A DNA stretch of 59,941 nt, the filler included, from Stramenopiles sp. TOSAG23-6 (lineage: Eukaryota), in NCBI GenBank assembly GCA_900128565.1. It is 11 parts of 11 records of this genome, joined end to end, with 100 filler letters (N's around TTAATTAATTAA, not from the genome) between each part and the next. Parts side by side here need not be neighbours in the genome. Positions count along the whole stretch, not along the records: positions 32,856 to 38,195 come from LT636919.1; positions 38,296 to 43,633 come from LT636920.1; positions 43,734 to 49,069 come from LT636921.1; 8 more parts are not named here. The stretch is one strand, 5' to 3'. A program made the translations under genes and the position numbers. This document shows positions 32,911 through 43,797 of the stretch, piece after piece (the stretch's first letter is position 1; every line of letters begins with the position of its first letter). The notes beneath the pieces are model-generated. The model saw only the letters and a list, made by a program, of their open reading frames with translations, was not told the origin of the DNA and did not search any database.

Positions 32911-33852
32911 TTGGTTCGGTCATATTCTAAAAGTTTTTTTTGTTGTGCTTCTGCAGCTTCAAGGGACATGGCTAATTTATCTGCTTGTGCACGTTGTCGA
33001 TCAGCTCTTGTAGAGTAAATGCCTCGTCCTGTTCCATTTTTACGACTTCTTTGAACGTCCAATGCATTAAGAGGAGCTCCACAAAATTGGCATATTGTAA
33101 AAAAAAATATTTTTAGAAAAAAAAATATTAGGTTATATTATACAATTATAACAGGTTATATAATATAATATAATATAATATGTATATTACAAATGACAAA
33201 TGACAAATGAAAAATGACAAAAAAATAAATCATAGAAATGTATAGGATACATTTGCATAATACAATTGACATTTGAATTGGATGATAAAAACCTACATGG
33301 ACCGAGTCCTTCAAGCTCACAAATAATTTTACCACATTCTAGACAATTTGTTAATACGCCTACTCCAGAACCATGCGTATAGTAATCTTTTCTATTAGAA
33401 TCTTTACTGTTATATTGAGGAGTTTTCTTTACAACTTTCCATTTTTGTCTTGATAAAGTATTTGTTGCTTTCACTTGGTCTTGAGGCATTTGACCTTCTT
33501 TAGGTACATTATTTATTTTAGGCTTTCCTCGCTTCGTTTTATTTCGTGTCTTTCGTGTAATGGGTACAGCTGTGCGTGATTGACGAACAGGTTTATGTCT
33601 CTCATCTTCTTGTAAACGTCGTGCTATATCAGCGTCACTCTCTTGAGGAGTTATACTAATACGTCTTTTTATTAGCTCTTTCGCAAATTTTCGAGCTGCA
33701 TCTTCACTACCAAAGTATCCCATAGAAAAATTAACCAATGTGGGCTCATCTTCAATACTAATGAGGTAATCTGCTATTTGATCTGTGTCATTGAATCCTA
33801 ACTCTCGTCGGAGGCTTTTCTTTGCCCATTTTTTCAAAGCAGCAGCATTCAT
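32911..33852 (-). CDS. TRIP4: TRIP4/ASC-1-like protein, N-terminal part (zf-C2HC5); intron 33092-33296, next donor at 32910
   Basis: NCLECGKIICELEGLGPC|QFCG and KKLLEYDRT motifs; PWI-like N-terminus. Confidence 0.8.
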
Positions 33853-34352
33853 TGTATTAAAAAAATGTAGCGAGGTGCTTTTGTTGGTGGCCAGGCCAAC
33901 AACAACAACAACAACAACAGTTGACAAGTGCTTGACAAGTTTTATAATTATTCGCAATTTGCCGAGAGCGAGGCAAATGGCAGCTTTGTTCCAATTTATC
34001 AATTTACATCGATCGATACACATCGATACATGTCTTGCAAAACAAACACAACAAAGCGCTGGTAAATTAGCCCAGCGTCAGGAAGTACTACAATTACTGT
34101 CAGATAAACACAACTCTGAAATATTACTACCAGTATAATCTTGGTTTTTATTTTTCAATATCCACATTTCTACATACTGTCAGTTCAGGAGGTGGCGTCC
34201 TAGGTCAGGAGCGCAAAAAAAAACATCGGAAAACGTTTTTGGATTTTAGCCGAAACACCGAAATACAATTTGTTTATTAAAGAACTTGGGATTCTGCAAA
34301 TATTAAATGATTTCTGATGTTCGATCAAAATACTTCAAATGTTGTAAAGTCA

Positions 34353-35327
34353 TTACAGGTGACGCAATAACGCAGCACTCAGAGCAGCGCCTGTCAAAAA
34401 GTATCCAGCAGCCTTAAGTGCCTCACGAGTTTGAAGAGCACTCAAAACATAATCAAGATAACCTTGTTGTGGTGGTTCGTTAGATCCTTGTTCAACGAGT
34501 GTTTGTGATGGTGGTTCGTTGGATTCTTGTCGAACGAGTACTCCATTATTAGCAGCCTCGCGAGCATCTTCAGGTAAAACCACGGTTCCCGGCGGAGATG
34601 CTGATGAAGTTTTATCTGTCATGTATATTCGTGGCAAGGGTTTATTGGATAAATATTCCAGGATACGTTTATCTTCCTCTGCTGACTTGATTCTATTATA
34701 CAATGAAGCATTACGCGCAACATCCTCAAAGTTTGAATGGTCCCCTCCCGCAATACCTGGTAGAAGATTTTCCCTGGGTGTTTCATGTTGTGGTGGTTCG
34801 TTAGATCCTTGTTCAACGAGTGTTTGTGATGGTGGTTCGTTGGATTCTTGTCGAACGAGTACTCCATTATTAGCAGCCTCGCGAGCATCTTCAGGTAAAA
34901 CCACGGTTCCCGGCGGAGATGCTGATGCCCCTCCCGCAATACCTCGTAGATGATTTCCCGTGGATGATTCAAGTTGCGGAGCAGTAATGACAAGCGGTGA
35001 TGCTTCCGACGTTGGATTTGGCAGGTGCGATACCATATGTTTTTCTATTCCTCGTCGTGCTTGTTTAAAATCCTTAAGGGTGATTATGCCCGTTGGAGGC
35101 AAAATCTTGTCTTTGTTTCGAGCTTCCGCTTCCTGGTTAGCTGCCTCTAGCTGTTGCATCAACGACAGTCGTGCCTCCGCTAGCTGTTGCATCAACGACA
35201 GTCGTGCCTCCATTGCCGTCCGAGTGTCTGTTGATGTTACACGACGTACACCACGACGAAGAGTAGCAGCAGCATTAACAATATCTGTAGTAGTTACAAC
35301 GAGGAAAATGATGAGAATTAGTTTCAT
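34353..35327 (-). CDS. Putative secreted or membrane-anchored protein with an internal ~45-aa duplication
   Basis: Signal peptide MKLILIIFLVV; duplicated SASPPGTVVLPEDAREAANNG...EPPQ; hydrophobic C-terminus. Confidence 0.7.
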   Translation of the reverse strand: MKLILIIFLVVTTTDIVNAAATLRRGVRRVTSTDTRTAMEARLSLMQQLAEARLSLMQQLEAANQEAEARNKDKILPPTGIITLKDFKQARRGIEKHMVSHLPNPTSEASPLVITAPQLESSTGNHLRGIAGGASASPPGTVVLPEDAREAANNGVLVRQESNEPPSQTLVEQGSNEPPQHETPRENLLPGIAGGDHSNFEDVARNASLYNRIKSAEEDKRILEYLSNKPLPRIYMTDKTSSASPPGTVVLPEDAREAANNGVLVRQESNEPPSQTLVEQGSNEPPQQGYLDYVLSALQTREALKAAGYFLTGAALSAALLRHL

Positions 35328-35633
35328 GGTAGCGTTTCTCTCTTGTTTTTAATGTAGTTGTAATAATGAAAACGGCGTTAAAAAAACTAAGATACGAAGA
35401 TATACGTCGACGTGTGATAAAACAAAACGTATGTACTGGAAAGTGGTTTTTATACTAAAATTCTGTACCTAAAAAACGAACGCGTGAGAGCGAGCGAACA
35501 AATATCCTTGAGCGAACTTCACTTACGGATGATACGCGCCTTGTTTTTAGGATACGACATACGTTGTTGTAATCAATCGATTTTACGATATCTTATAATC
35601 GACCTCAATTGTTTTACACATCAAAGAAAGAGA

Positions 35634-37859
35634 ATGACTAAGATATTCAAGAATTGCCTTTGGATTACTATGCTTTTAGCGATAAGCTGTGTTTCGTTAC
35701 GTACCGTCCAGGGGTTTGATGTCGGACAGTGCAAGCAAATGTGTCGAATTGGACAACCAGAACCCAACGGATGCGAGAAGTATTGTATTGATCGTATCGA
35801 TGAGCTTGAAAAAGAAGTAGAAAGGTTAAAAGCAGAATTACAAGCGGCGGTGGTAGCAAAAAATGTTGATGCTAAAAAAACTGGGCCGGATCTAGGAGGA
35901 CAAGGAGGTGGTGGATCAACAGCCACAGGTGCATCCGCTATTGTAGCAAAAAAAGTTGATACTAAACCACCAGCAACATCACCAGCAAAATCACCAGCAA
36001 AACCATTACAAGCAGCCACAGGTGCATCCCCTAGTGATGGTGAAGAAGATAAAACAGAAGTAGATCAACTTTTGGATAACGTTCTAGTTAATGTTGTACA
36101 AGAAGGCGAAGTGGCCTTGCCTGATGGGAACATTCCACAGTGTGTTTCAGCAACGACAGAAGGACCAGCACAAACACCGTTCCAGCAGATACCAGGAGGA
36201 GGACCACCACCACCTCCACCACCAGGAGGAGGAGGACCACCACCTCCAGCAAAAAAAAAATTGATCCCACTGCACTTGAATTGCAAACCCTCACACGGGA
36301 CGAAGAATTCCGTCTGGAATTGTACATCAAGTACACTTCACAATAATGAACCACTGGGAGAAAACGAGCTTTTTGTCAAATACCCTAAATTGATCAACAA
36401 ACCAAATAAGGCAAAAGCACCCAAGTCTGCTCCAGATAAAGTTGATGCTACATTCCAAGGCATTGAAATCAGCCATACCATTTTAGTCATAGCAAAAGGG
36501 GCGCAAAGGCGCAAAAATAAGGGTACAACCGGTGGTGATTCCGATAGTACAGATGGTGGTTCAAATGATACACCTGCAGAACCAAACTGCTCTGAAAGAA
36601 AGCTTAACACCGTTGTAGAATTCTTAATGGAAGGTGACACACAGAAAGAGGTCATTTTCAAGTTGTTGGAAGAAAATCAAAGATTAAAGGATAAAAAACG
36701 GAACGATTTTATTGAGCAGTACGAAGTTTTCAAGAGTGAATGTGTACAAAGTGAGAAGCAAAAACGTGAGAAAGCGGGGAATGGAAATGGCGGTAATGAG
36801 GAAACTGATGATGAATTACTGCAGAGATGTTTTCAAAGTCATAAAAATTGTGAAGATTACTTTAATACCTATTACATGCACCAAATAGCCACAAATGTTG
36901 ACACGAGGAATGTTGCGCAGTGTTTGCTTGACTTTGGTGGGAATGAAGAAGCGACTCTTGTGGTTGAATCTCAACTCATAATCGATGAATTAAAAAAAGG
37001 TGGTCTCAAACAGAATTTCGACAAACAGCCAACAACGAATGTTGCAAAACTACTTATTGGTGTTCGAGACCAAGTTTCAACAATTTCGAGTAAAAGCAAG
37101 TGCAAAAAGGGACCTAAAGTAACCGGATTCGAATTAAAAGATCTTAAGATACTTCGCGGCTCTGGTTCTTCTTCGAAAACATATTTAGGACAAATTGTTG
37201 AAAATACTGGCCTTAACAAGTTAGACTTTACAAAGATTCAACGAGAAACAACGGTTAATGAATTTCCACCGCGTGGTATGGGAGAGACTCTATTGAAAGC
37301 CACACGTATTGACCCTAAAAAATGTGTCGAGAAGGTACAACTACTTAGACTTGACATTGACATTGAACCAGGTATTAAACAGTTCGAAGACAACATTGAG
37401 GAAATTAAGCGACTATATAAAGAGGTGATGACAGCATTTGTTCAAATGGTAAAACGGTTTAATGTTACACCAACAAAAAAGAAAGAGGAACTTGTAGCGG
37501 CTATGAAAAATATACCAGAGTTCTTTAAACCTATTAAAGAACTTGCGAGTTATGTTGTGGAAATGTTAGACCAAGGGATTTGGAAGACGAAAAAGCAACC
37601 AAATGGGTCGGGGCAACAAGCAAAAACACCAGCGGGAAAGATGACGAAAAAGCAACCAAATTGGTCGGAGCAACAAGCAGAACCAACTATTCCCTTGGCA
37701 GAACTTACTGAGCAACAAATTCTTAAAGCAATAATGTTAGAAGGAGCGGAGAAAAGGAAAAATTTAGAACATGTCGATCCTATAGTAAGGAACTTCTTTA
37801 AAGGTAAACTGGGAGACGTTAAACAGGGAGACGAACTACAGCGACAGACCTCTCGCTAG
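35634..37859 (+). CDS. Signal-peptide protein with FH1-like polyproline and a divergent FH2-like region (formin-like)
   Basis: PPPPPP-GGGG-PPPP followed by KKKLIPLHL...NSVW; later GFELKDLKIL...KTYLGQIV. Confidence 0.6.
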   Translation: MTKIFKNCLWITMLLAISCVSLRTVQGFDVGQCKQMCRIGQPEPNGCEKYCIDRIDELEKEVERLKAELQAAVVAKNVDAKKTGPDLGGQGGGGSTATGASAIVAKKVDTKPPATSPAKSPAKPLQAATGASPSDGEEDKTEVDQLLDNVLVNVVQEGEVALPDGNIPQCVSATTEGPAQTPFQQIPGGGPPPPPPPGGGGPPPPAKKKLIPLHLNCKPSHGTKNSVWNCTSSTLHNNEPLGENELFVKYPKLINKPNKAKAPKSAPDKVDATFQGIEISHTILVIAKGAQRRKNKGTTGGDSDSTDGGSNDTPAEPNCSERKLNTVVEFLMEGDTQKEVIFKLLEENQRLKDKKRNDFIEQYEVFKSECVQSEKQKREKAGNGNGGNEETDDELLQRCFQSHKNCEDYFNTYYMHQIATNVDTRNVAQCLLDFGGNEEATLVVESQLIIDELKKGGLKQNFDKQPTTNVAKLLIGVRDQVSTISSKSKCKKGPKVTGFELKDLKILRGSGSSSKTYLGQIVENTGLNKLDFTKIQRETTVNEFPPRGMGETLLKATRIDPKKCVEKVQLLRLDIDIEPGIKQFEDNIEEIKRLYKEVMTAFVQMVKRFNVTPTKKKEELVAAMKNIPEFFKPIKELASYVVEMLDQGIWKTKKQPNGSGQQAKTPAGKMTKKQPNWSEQQAEPTIPLAELTEQQILKAIMLEGAEKRKNLEHVDPIVRNFFKGKLGDVKQGDELQRQTSR

Positions 37860-38305
37860 GAGGCCGGGAGGCTGAATAATATATATAAAAAATTATTTTG
37901 ATTAGTTTACTCAATGAATGGACAAAATAGTTTGATGGTCATCAATTTTTAAAACTATTATCCTTTCCTACGGTTTTTTACGAGTACACATTGACTTGAT
38001 TGAATATAAAAATAATTATCAAATATTTCTTTTTGACATGGTATATCAATATATCTCGAACCAAGCAAGGGAATATTTATACGTATGCATGGCATGCATG
38101 CGGAAAGAATAAAATTTAAAAAAAAAAAAAATCGAGGTACTAGTAGTAGTCCAAGGTACAAAATTTTTATAAAAAACCAAAAAAAAAAAAAAAAANNNNN
38201 NNNNNNNNNNNNNNNNNNNNNNNNNNNNNNNNNNNNNNNTTAATTAATTAANNNNNNNNNNNNNNNNNNNNNNNNNNNNNNNNNNNNNNNNNNNNTTTTT
38301 AAAAT

Positions 38306-38345
<40 letters not shown>

Positions 38346-38418
38346 GTTCGAAAAATTTGTACGTAACGAATTGTTTATCTAAAAAAAAAAAAAAAAAAAA
38401 TATTTTTTCACAATACTT

Positions 38419-39788
38419 GTTCAAAGATTCTTTCAGGAAGAAAGCAGGAAAATTCCAGAGAATTTTATTATCTGTGTTAAGGGCATACTCGGTGTACGAT
38501 CCTTCCCTGGGCTACGTTTGTTTTCTGATGAATTTCAAATTTATGTTTTTTTTTTCGTAGGAAATTCTGTACCTAAGATTTTTTTTTCTAGAATATTTTT
38601 TCACAAAATATTGCCAAGGTATGAATTGGTTATGTGGAATAATTGTGCTTACCCATAATGAAAAAATGAAAAAAAATATAGAAACCAAAAGAAAAGATGA
38701 TTGTACTGAGTATACTTTGAACTCTTTAAAAATTAGTGTTAATACTAATGATATGAAAGAAAATGTAACTTTCAATTTCAATTTTTTTTTTTTTTTTTTT
38801 TTTGTAAAATCTATAGTAATTACTAACAAAAAAAACATTTTTTTTTGAAATATTTTTTTTTTTTTGTATATTTCATTGTAATACCTAACAAAAAAAAACA
38901 TTTTTTTTTGAAATATTTTTGACATCATCTCATTCAAGTATTGGTGTGTTTCCTTCAAACCCAAATGTTGAAGTACTAACAGGTGGTGATTTTTCTCAGA
39001 AATTAGGTTTTTCAATAGATTCGAAACTTCCGATGGAACACGAAAAAACAAATGAAAATGAAGCAGAAGCAGAAGCAGCAAACCCTAACCCTAATCAGCC
39101 TCTAGAAAATGATACAATGATGATTTCAGATAATGATAGCATTGTTCCAATTGGTCTTTGCCTTACTAGAGAAGAATGGTGTACAGCACTTGAAGTATTT
39201 ACACTCGTACTTTTTTATCATTTCAATTTTTTATCTAAATATTTTTTCATACGAAATTTTGTACCTAACAAATTTTTTAGAATTTTTTTGAAATATGTTT
39301 TCACTTGATATACATCTGCCATAATGGAAAGACCTTCGTTTGGATTAAGAGGTATGTATGTTCGTGGAATGCCAAAACTTGAAGATCTCTTTATTACATT
39401 AGATATCTTAACTTTACGTCACTTACCCAATCTTCATAAACATATAAAAAAAGCGAGGTGTAGCGCTGGGGTTCCTGTTCAACCCTCGTGCAGACTTTAT
39501 GCCGTTCAATGGTTTCTTTCTTTATTTTGTCGTGATTTCGATCTTAGTCTTGGCTTAAAAGTATGGGATGCTGTGATGTATCGTGGAATTTCCACACTTT
39601 TACGTGTTGCCGTGGCTGTACTTAAAATGGCAGAGCCTGAGTTGATGAAAATGAATTTCGAAGGCATTTTACACCATTTACGAACGGATTTACCAAAGAC
39701 AATTCGTGTAGAACAACTCTGGTCTGAAACATTAAAATTAGACATTACAGAGTCAGTATTGAATAACCTTTTGAATGAAGTTAGATGA
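38419..39788 (+). CDS. Rab-GAP TBC-domain protein (5'-truncated); introns 38516-38611, 38765-38930, 39207-39311
   Basis: VLRAYSVYDPSLGY|CQGMNWL, YAVQWFLSLF and LKVWD motifs. Confidence 0.85.
38516..38611 (+). other. GT-AT intron splitting the TBC GYCQG motif
   Basis: ggc tac|GTTTGT...GTACCTAAG...CACAAAATAT|tgc caa ggt; both neighbouring AGs give frameshifts. Confidence 0.8.
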
Positions 39789-39832
39789 ATCTATAAATTG
39801 AATCTTTATATATATATACTACAATATGATGA

Positions 39833-40234
39833 CTATTTTTGGGAATCCTTTGCATACTTTTCTCCTTCGGCAAAGATTTCTTTTAGAGCTAAAGTCATGA
39901 CGTAGCCATTGAGTTGCTCTGTAATATCCTGATATTGCATTCCAGCAGTCATTATCTCAATCTTATGACCATCATTAAATGTCATTGTTGTTGTAGGGGG
40001 TGCCATATCCTCCATTTGCTTATATGTGATTTCACATTTTGGGTTAGTAGCGAGTAACTTCTTTCCCATACATCTACGGTGAAACTCCCTCTGTCCTTTC
40101 ATCAACGGATCGAAAGCGTCAAAGGTAAAGTGAATACCTTTTACATGCTCCAGTGATGTCAACCTTCGCTGCAATTTTACTGATGCGCTAGTAATTTCTT
40201 TAATTCCCATCGCTGCTAACATTGTGGCCCTCAT
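39833..40234 (-). CDS. MRPL53: Mitochondrial ribosomal protein mL53-like
   Basis: IHFTFDAFD...REF...LLATNPKCEI...MTFNDG pattern. Confidence 0.7.
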   Translation of the reverse strand: MRATMLAAMGIKEITSASVKLQRRLTSLEHVKGIHFTFDAFDPLMKGQREFHRRCMGKKLLATNPKCEITYKQMEDMAPPTTTMTFNDGHKIEIMTAGMQYQDITEQLNGYVMTLALKEIFAEGEKYAKDSQK

Positions 40235-40474
40235 TGTGAATAAAAATGCTTTTCAATACACAGACTAACTATACCTGCTGCTACACTGCATTTGTTGTGT
40301 GTGTACGCAGTTCGAGTTTTGACCGACGCGCGACGACACGTGTCTTTCTGACCGTTCTTGTCTGGAGCCAGTGGAGTGGAGCCAGCCACTCTCCAAGTAT
40401 AGCCTCCAAGTAAGTAAGTATAGCTATCTCTAATATAATTAATATGTATAGTCAAAGTTAACTTATATTTTACA

Positions 40475-42139
40475 ATGAGTAACACGCTTGCATTAAAAAA
40501 AACTAAACGTGAACAGGAACTTTTTCAAAAGGTTTTTAGTGGGATAGGTCCTGCCGTTGTGATCACTAGCTATTTATGCCTGAAAGACAGACTCTCAGGA
40601 AGAGCTACATCAAATGATAAACACCGTCCTTGGATGGTCGATGCTGAGTGGGGTAAAGTGACATGCTCAAAAGTAGCTAGCGCTGGTGACTTGAAATTTT
40701 TAAAATGGCTAAGAAGAAGAAAACCGCCTTGTCCATGGGATGAAGAAACGTGTTGTCAAGCAGCTAAAAATGGTCACTTAGACGTACTACAATGGGTAAT
40801 AAGTCAAAATCCACCTTGTCCTTGGGATGAATATACGTGTCAAAATGCAGCTAAAAATGGTCACTTAGACGTACTACAATGGGTAAGAAGTCAAAATCCA
40901 CCTTGTCCTTGGGATGAAGAAACGTGTAGTGATGCAGCTAAANATGGCCACTTAGAAGTATTGAAATGGTTGAGAAGTCAAAATCCACCTTGTCCTTGGG
41001 ATGATGATACGTGTGAAAATGCAGCTGAAGGTGGTCACTTAAAANTATTAAAATGGTTGAGAAGTCAAAAACCACCTTGTCCTTGGGATATTGGGACGTG
41101 TTGTTATGCAGCTAAAAATGGTCACTTAGACTTACTACAATGGGTAAGAAGTCAAAATCCACCTTGTCCATGGGATGAATTGACGTGTAGTTATGCAGCT
41201 AAAGGTGGTCACTTAAAAGTATTGAAATGGTTGAGAAGTCAAAACCNACCTTGTCCATGGGATGAAAATACATGTCGAGATTCAGCTGAAGGTGGTCAAT
41301 TAGAAATATTAAAATGGTTACGAAGTCAAAATCCACCTTGTCCGTGGAATGTTTTTACGTGTCGTAATGCAGCTGCAAATGGTCACTTAAAAGTATTACA
41401 ATGGGTAAGAAGTCAAAACCCACCTTGTCCGTGGAGTGAATCTACATGTCGTAGTGCAGCTAAAGGTGGCCACTTAAAAGTATTGAAATGGTTAAGAAGT
41501 CAAAATCCACCTTGTCCATGGAATGAAAGTACTTGTGGTTATGCAGCTGATCAATTGGAAGTATTAAAATGGTTAAGAAGTCAAAACCCACCTTGTCCTT
41601 GGGATGCAGAAACGTGTGCTGTTGCAGCTGACGGTGGCCACTTAGAAGTATTGAAATGGATAAGAAGTCAAAACCCACCTTGTTATTGGAATGTATTTAC
41701 GTGTATGAATGCAGCTAAAAATGGTCACTTAAAAGTATTACAATGGGTAAGAAGTCAAAATCCACCTTGTCCATGGAATGTTTTGACGTGTAGTTATGCA
41801 GCTGAATATGGTCACTTAAAAGTATTGAAATGGTTAAGAAGTCAAAACCCACCTTGTCCTTGGGATGTAAACACATGTAATAATGCAGTTGCTTTTGGTC
41901 ATTTAAAAGTATTGAAATGGATAAGAAGTCAAAATCCACCTTGTCCTTGGGATGAAATCATTTGTCAAAATGCAGCTGAAAATCGTCGATGGGAAATATT
42001 AAAATGGTTAAGAAGTCAAGATCCACCTTGTCCGTGGGATAGAAGGACTTACGAAATTGTAGTTAATGCTGCAAATGCTGCAGCTGCTAAAGGCAACTTA
42101 GAAATGTTACAATGGTTAANAAGTCAAAATGCACCTTAA
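40475..42139 (+). CDS. Ankyrin-like tandem repeat protein (~29-aa CPWD..TC..AA..GHL.VL.WLRSQNPP repeats)
   Basis: About 16 near-identical repeats, also visible at DNA level. Confidence 0.88.
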   Translation: MSNTLALKKTKREQELFQKVFSGIGPAVVITSYLCLKDRLSGRATSNDKHRPWMVDAEWGKVTCSKVASAGDLKFLKWLRRRKPPCPWDEETCCQAAKNGHLDVLQWVISQNPPCPWDEYTCQNAAKNGHLDVLQWVRSQNPPCPWDEETCSDAAKXGHLEVLKWLRSQNPPCPWDDDTCENAAEGGHLKXLKWLRSQKPPCPWDIGTCCYAAKNGHLDLLQWVRSQNPPCPWDELTCSYAAKGGHLKVLKWLRSQNXPCPWDENTCRDSAEGGQLEILKWLRSQNPPCPWNVFTCRNAAANGHLKVLQWVRSQNPPCPWSESTCRSAAKGGHLKVLKWLRSQNPPCPWNESTCGYAADQLEVLKWLRSQNPPCPWDAETCAVAADGGHLEVLKWIRSQNPPCYWNVFTCMNAAKNGHLKVLQWVRSQNPPCPWNVLTCSYAAEYGHLKVLKWLRSQNPPCPWDVNTCNNAVAFGHLKVLKWIRSQNPPCPWDEIICQNAAENRRWEILKWLRSQDPPCPWDRRTYEIVVNAANAAAAKGNLEMLQWLXSQNAP

Positions 42140-42407
42140 TAAAATCATCAATAGTAATTTCAAATTTCATTTATTGTTATTTTTACAATTACAATTTATG
42201 ACTCTTTTATAAATTAAAAAATATCTAAAATAATAATATTTATTTCAATCCTTTTTGATTATACATTTTGTCAATATTTTCTCAAAAAATATAATAATAT
42301 TTATTTCAATTCCTTTTTGTTTACACATTTTTTTTTTACCTACATTTTTTTTTCGTACGAAATTTTGTACCTAATAAATTCAAAAAAAAATTAAATTTTT
42401 CTTTTGT

Positions 42408-43575
42408 TTACACATTTTCCTCTTCATCATCACTAAATTCAATATGAATCATAGGACGTTTCCAATATCTCAAACCACTAAAATTTTCATCGATTGAACT
42501 TTGATGACCTAATCTACTACCAGAATGAACAATGGTCACATTTTCGTCAAAAGGTGGAAACATTTGATCGACAAAGTATTGTGAAAAAATATATTTTTTT
42601 AAAAATTCGTTAGGTACAAAATTTTCTACCAAAAAAAAAAAATTAAAAATTAAATTTTGAAAACGTACATATGCGATAGAGAAGAATACGAATCCTGAAT
42701 AGTATGATTATAATGACGAATAAGACCATCGCTATTAATAACGAAAATTTTTCCTTGTGGAACTCCCACTGCATTATATGCCATTACATGTATTATAAAA
42801 AAATATTTTTTTTGTAAAATATTTTGTTAGGTACGAATTTTCCTACAAAAAAAAAAAAAAAAAAAAAATTAATTTAATTTTGAAAACATACATCTGTATG
42901 TCGATTTCCAAAACCAGCATAAAACGGGTTTTCATTTTTTGTAAACAAATTTCGGATACTACGAAGAGCTCCAATTTTAAACTCTTCAGGACGTCTAACA
43001 ATGACTTCTCGTTTGAATGCTTCAAATAAGCGACTTGGTGATGTGATTACCGGACCATCAGGAAGATATCTTGTGAAAAAATATATTTTTTTTTTTTTTT
43101 TTTTTTTTTGTAAAAAAAAAAAATTCGTTAGGTACAAAATTTCGTACTAAAAAAAAATTCAAAAATAATCATGAAAACGTACATGTTGGTCACCTTGACT
43201 TATATTACTTAGATAATTCTTTGTCGCACTAATTTGTCCGATTGCTCTACTTGTTAGGTACAAAAGATGATAGCCATTGTTACGTACTCCTTGAAATAGA
43301 GCAGCAACACCAGAATGAGTCCAATCTCTACCAAGCATATATAAAACATGACCTAGTGCATCAGATTTTGTAATGGTTCCATGAATTGTGTAAAAATATT
43401 TAAAAAAAAAAAAAAATCTTAAGTACAAAATTTCGTATGAAAAAAAAATTATAGATAAAAAATTCATTATGAAAACGTACATCAACATCGCTGACGACAA
43501 TTTTCGAGTGAGATGACCAACAATAGATTGTTGCTTCGACTGTTTGTGTCCCTTGCATTGATGACGTCACACTAA
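42408..43575 (-). CDS. LPIN: Lipin / phosphatidate phosphatase (LNS2 domain), 5'-truncated; introns 43381-43480, 43066-43182, 42788-42891, 42574-42668
   Basis: Spliced product contains [55 protein letters not shown] and VDQMFP. Confidence 0.92.
43381..43480 (-). other. GT-AT intron inside the lipin catalytic DxDxT motif
   Basis: gtt gAT|GTACGT...TACGAAATTTTGTACTTAAG...CACAATTCAT|gga acc att aca. Confidence 0.85.
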
Positions 43576-43797
43576 ATGTATTTTGGAAAAATATTTGAAA
43601 AAAAAAAACTAAAATTTGTTAGGTACAAAATTTNNNNNNNNNNNNNNNNNNNNNNNNNNNNNNNNNNNNNNNNNNNNTTAATTAATTAANNNNNNNNNNN
43701 NNNNNNNNNNNNNNNNNNNNNNNNNNNNNNNNNTAGGTACAAAATTTCGTACGAAAAAAAAAATTTAGACAAAAAATTGAAAAAAAATAAAACATAC

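Noticed and set aside
31300-43480. U12-type AT-AC introns obtained by shifting both junctions 2 nt
   Set aside because: No ATATCCT donor or TCCTTAAC branch site. The shifted 5' ends would vary (AT, GT, AC, TC, CT, GG) while GT is nearly constant. Where the two registers differ, the GT register gives better residues (KLNGYAVR vs KLNGDAVR; EVFTL vs EVFTH).
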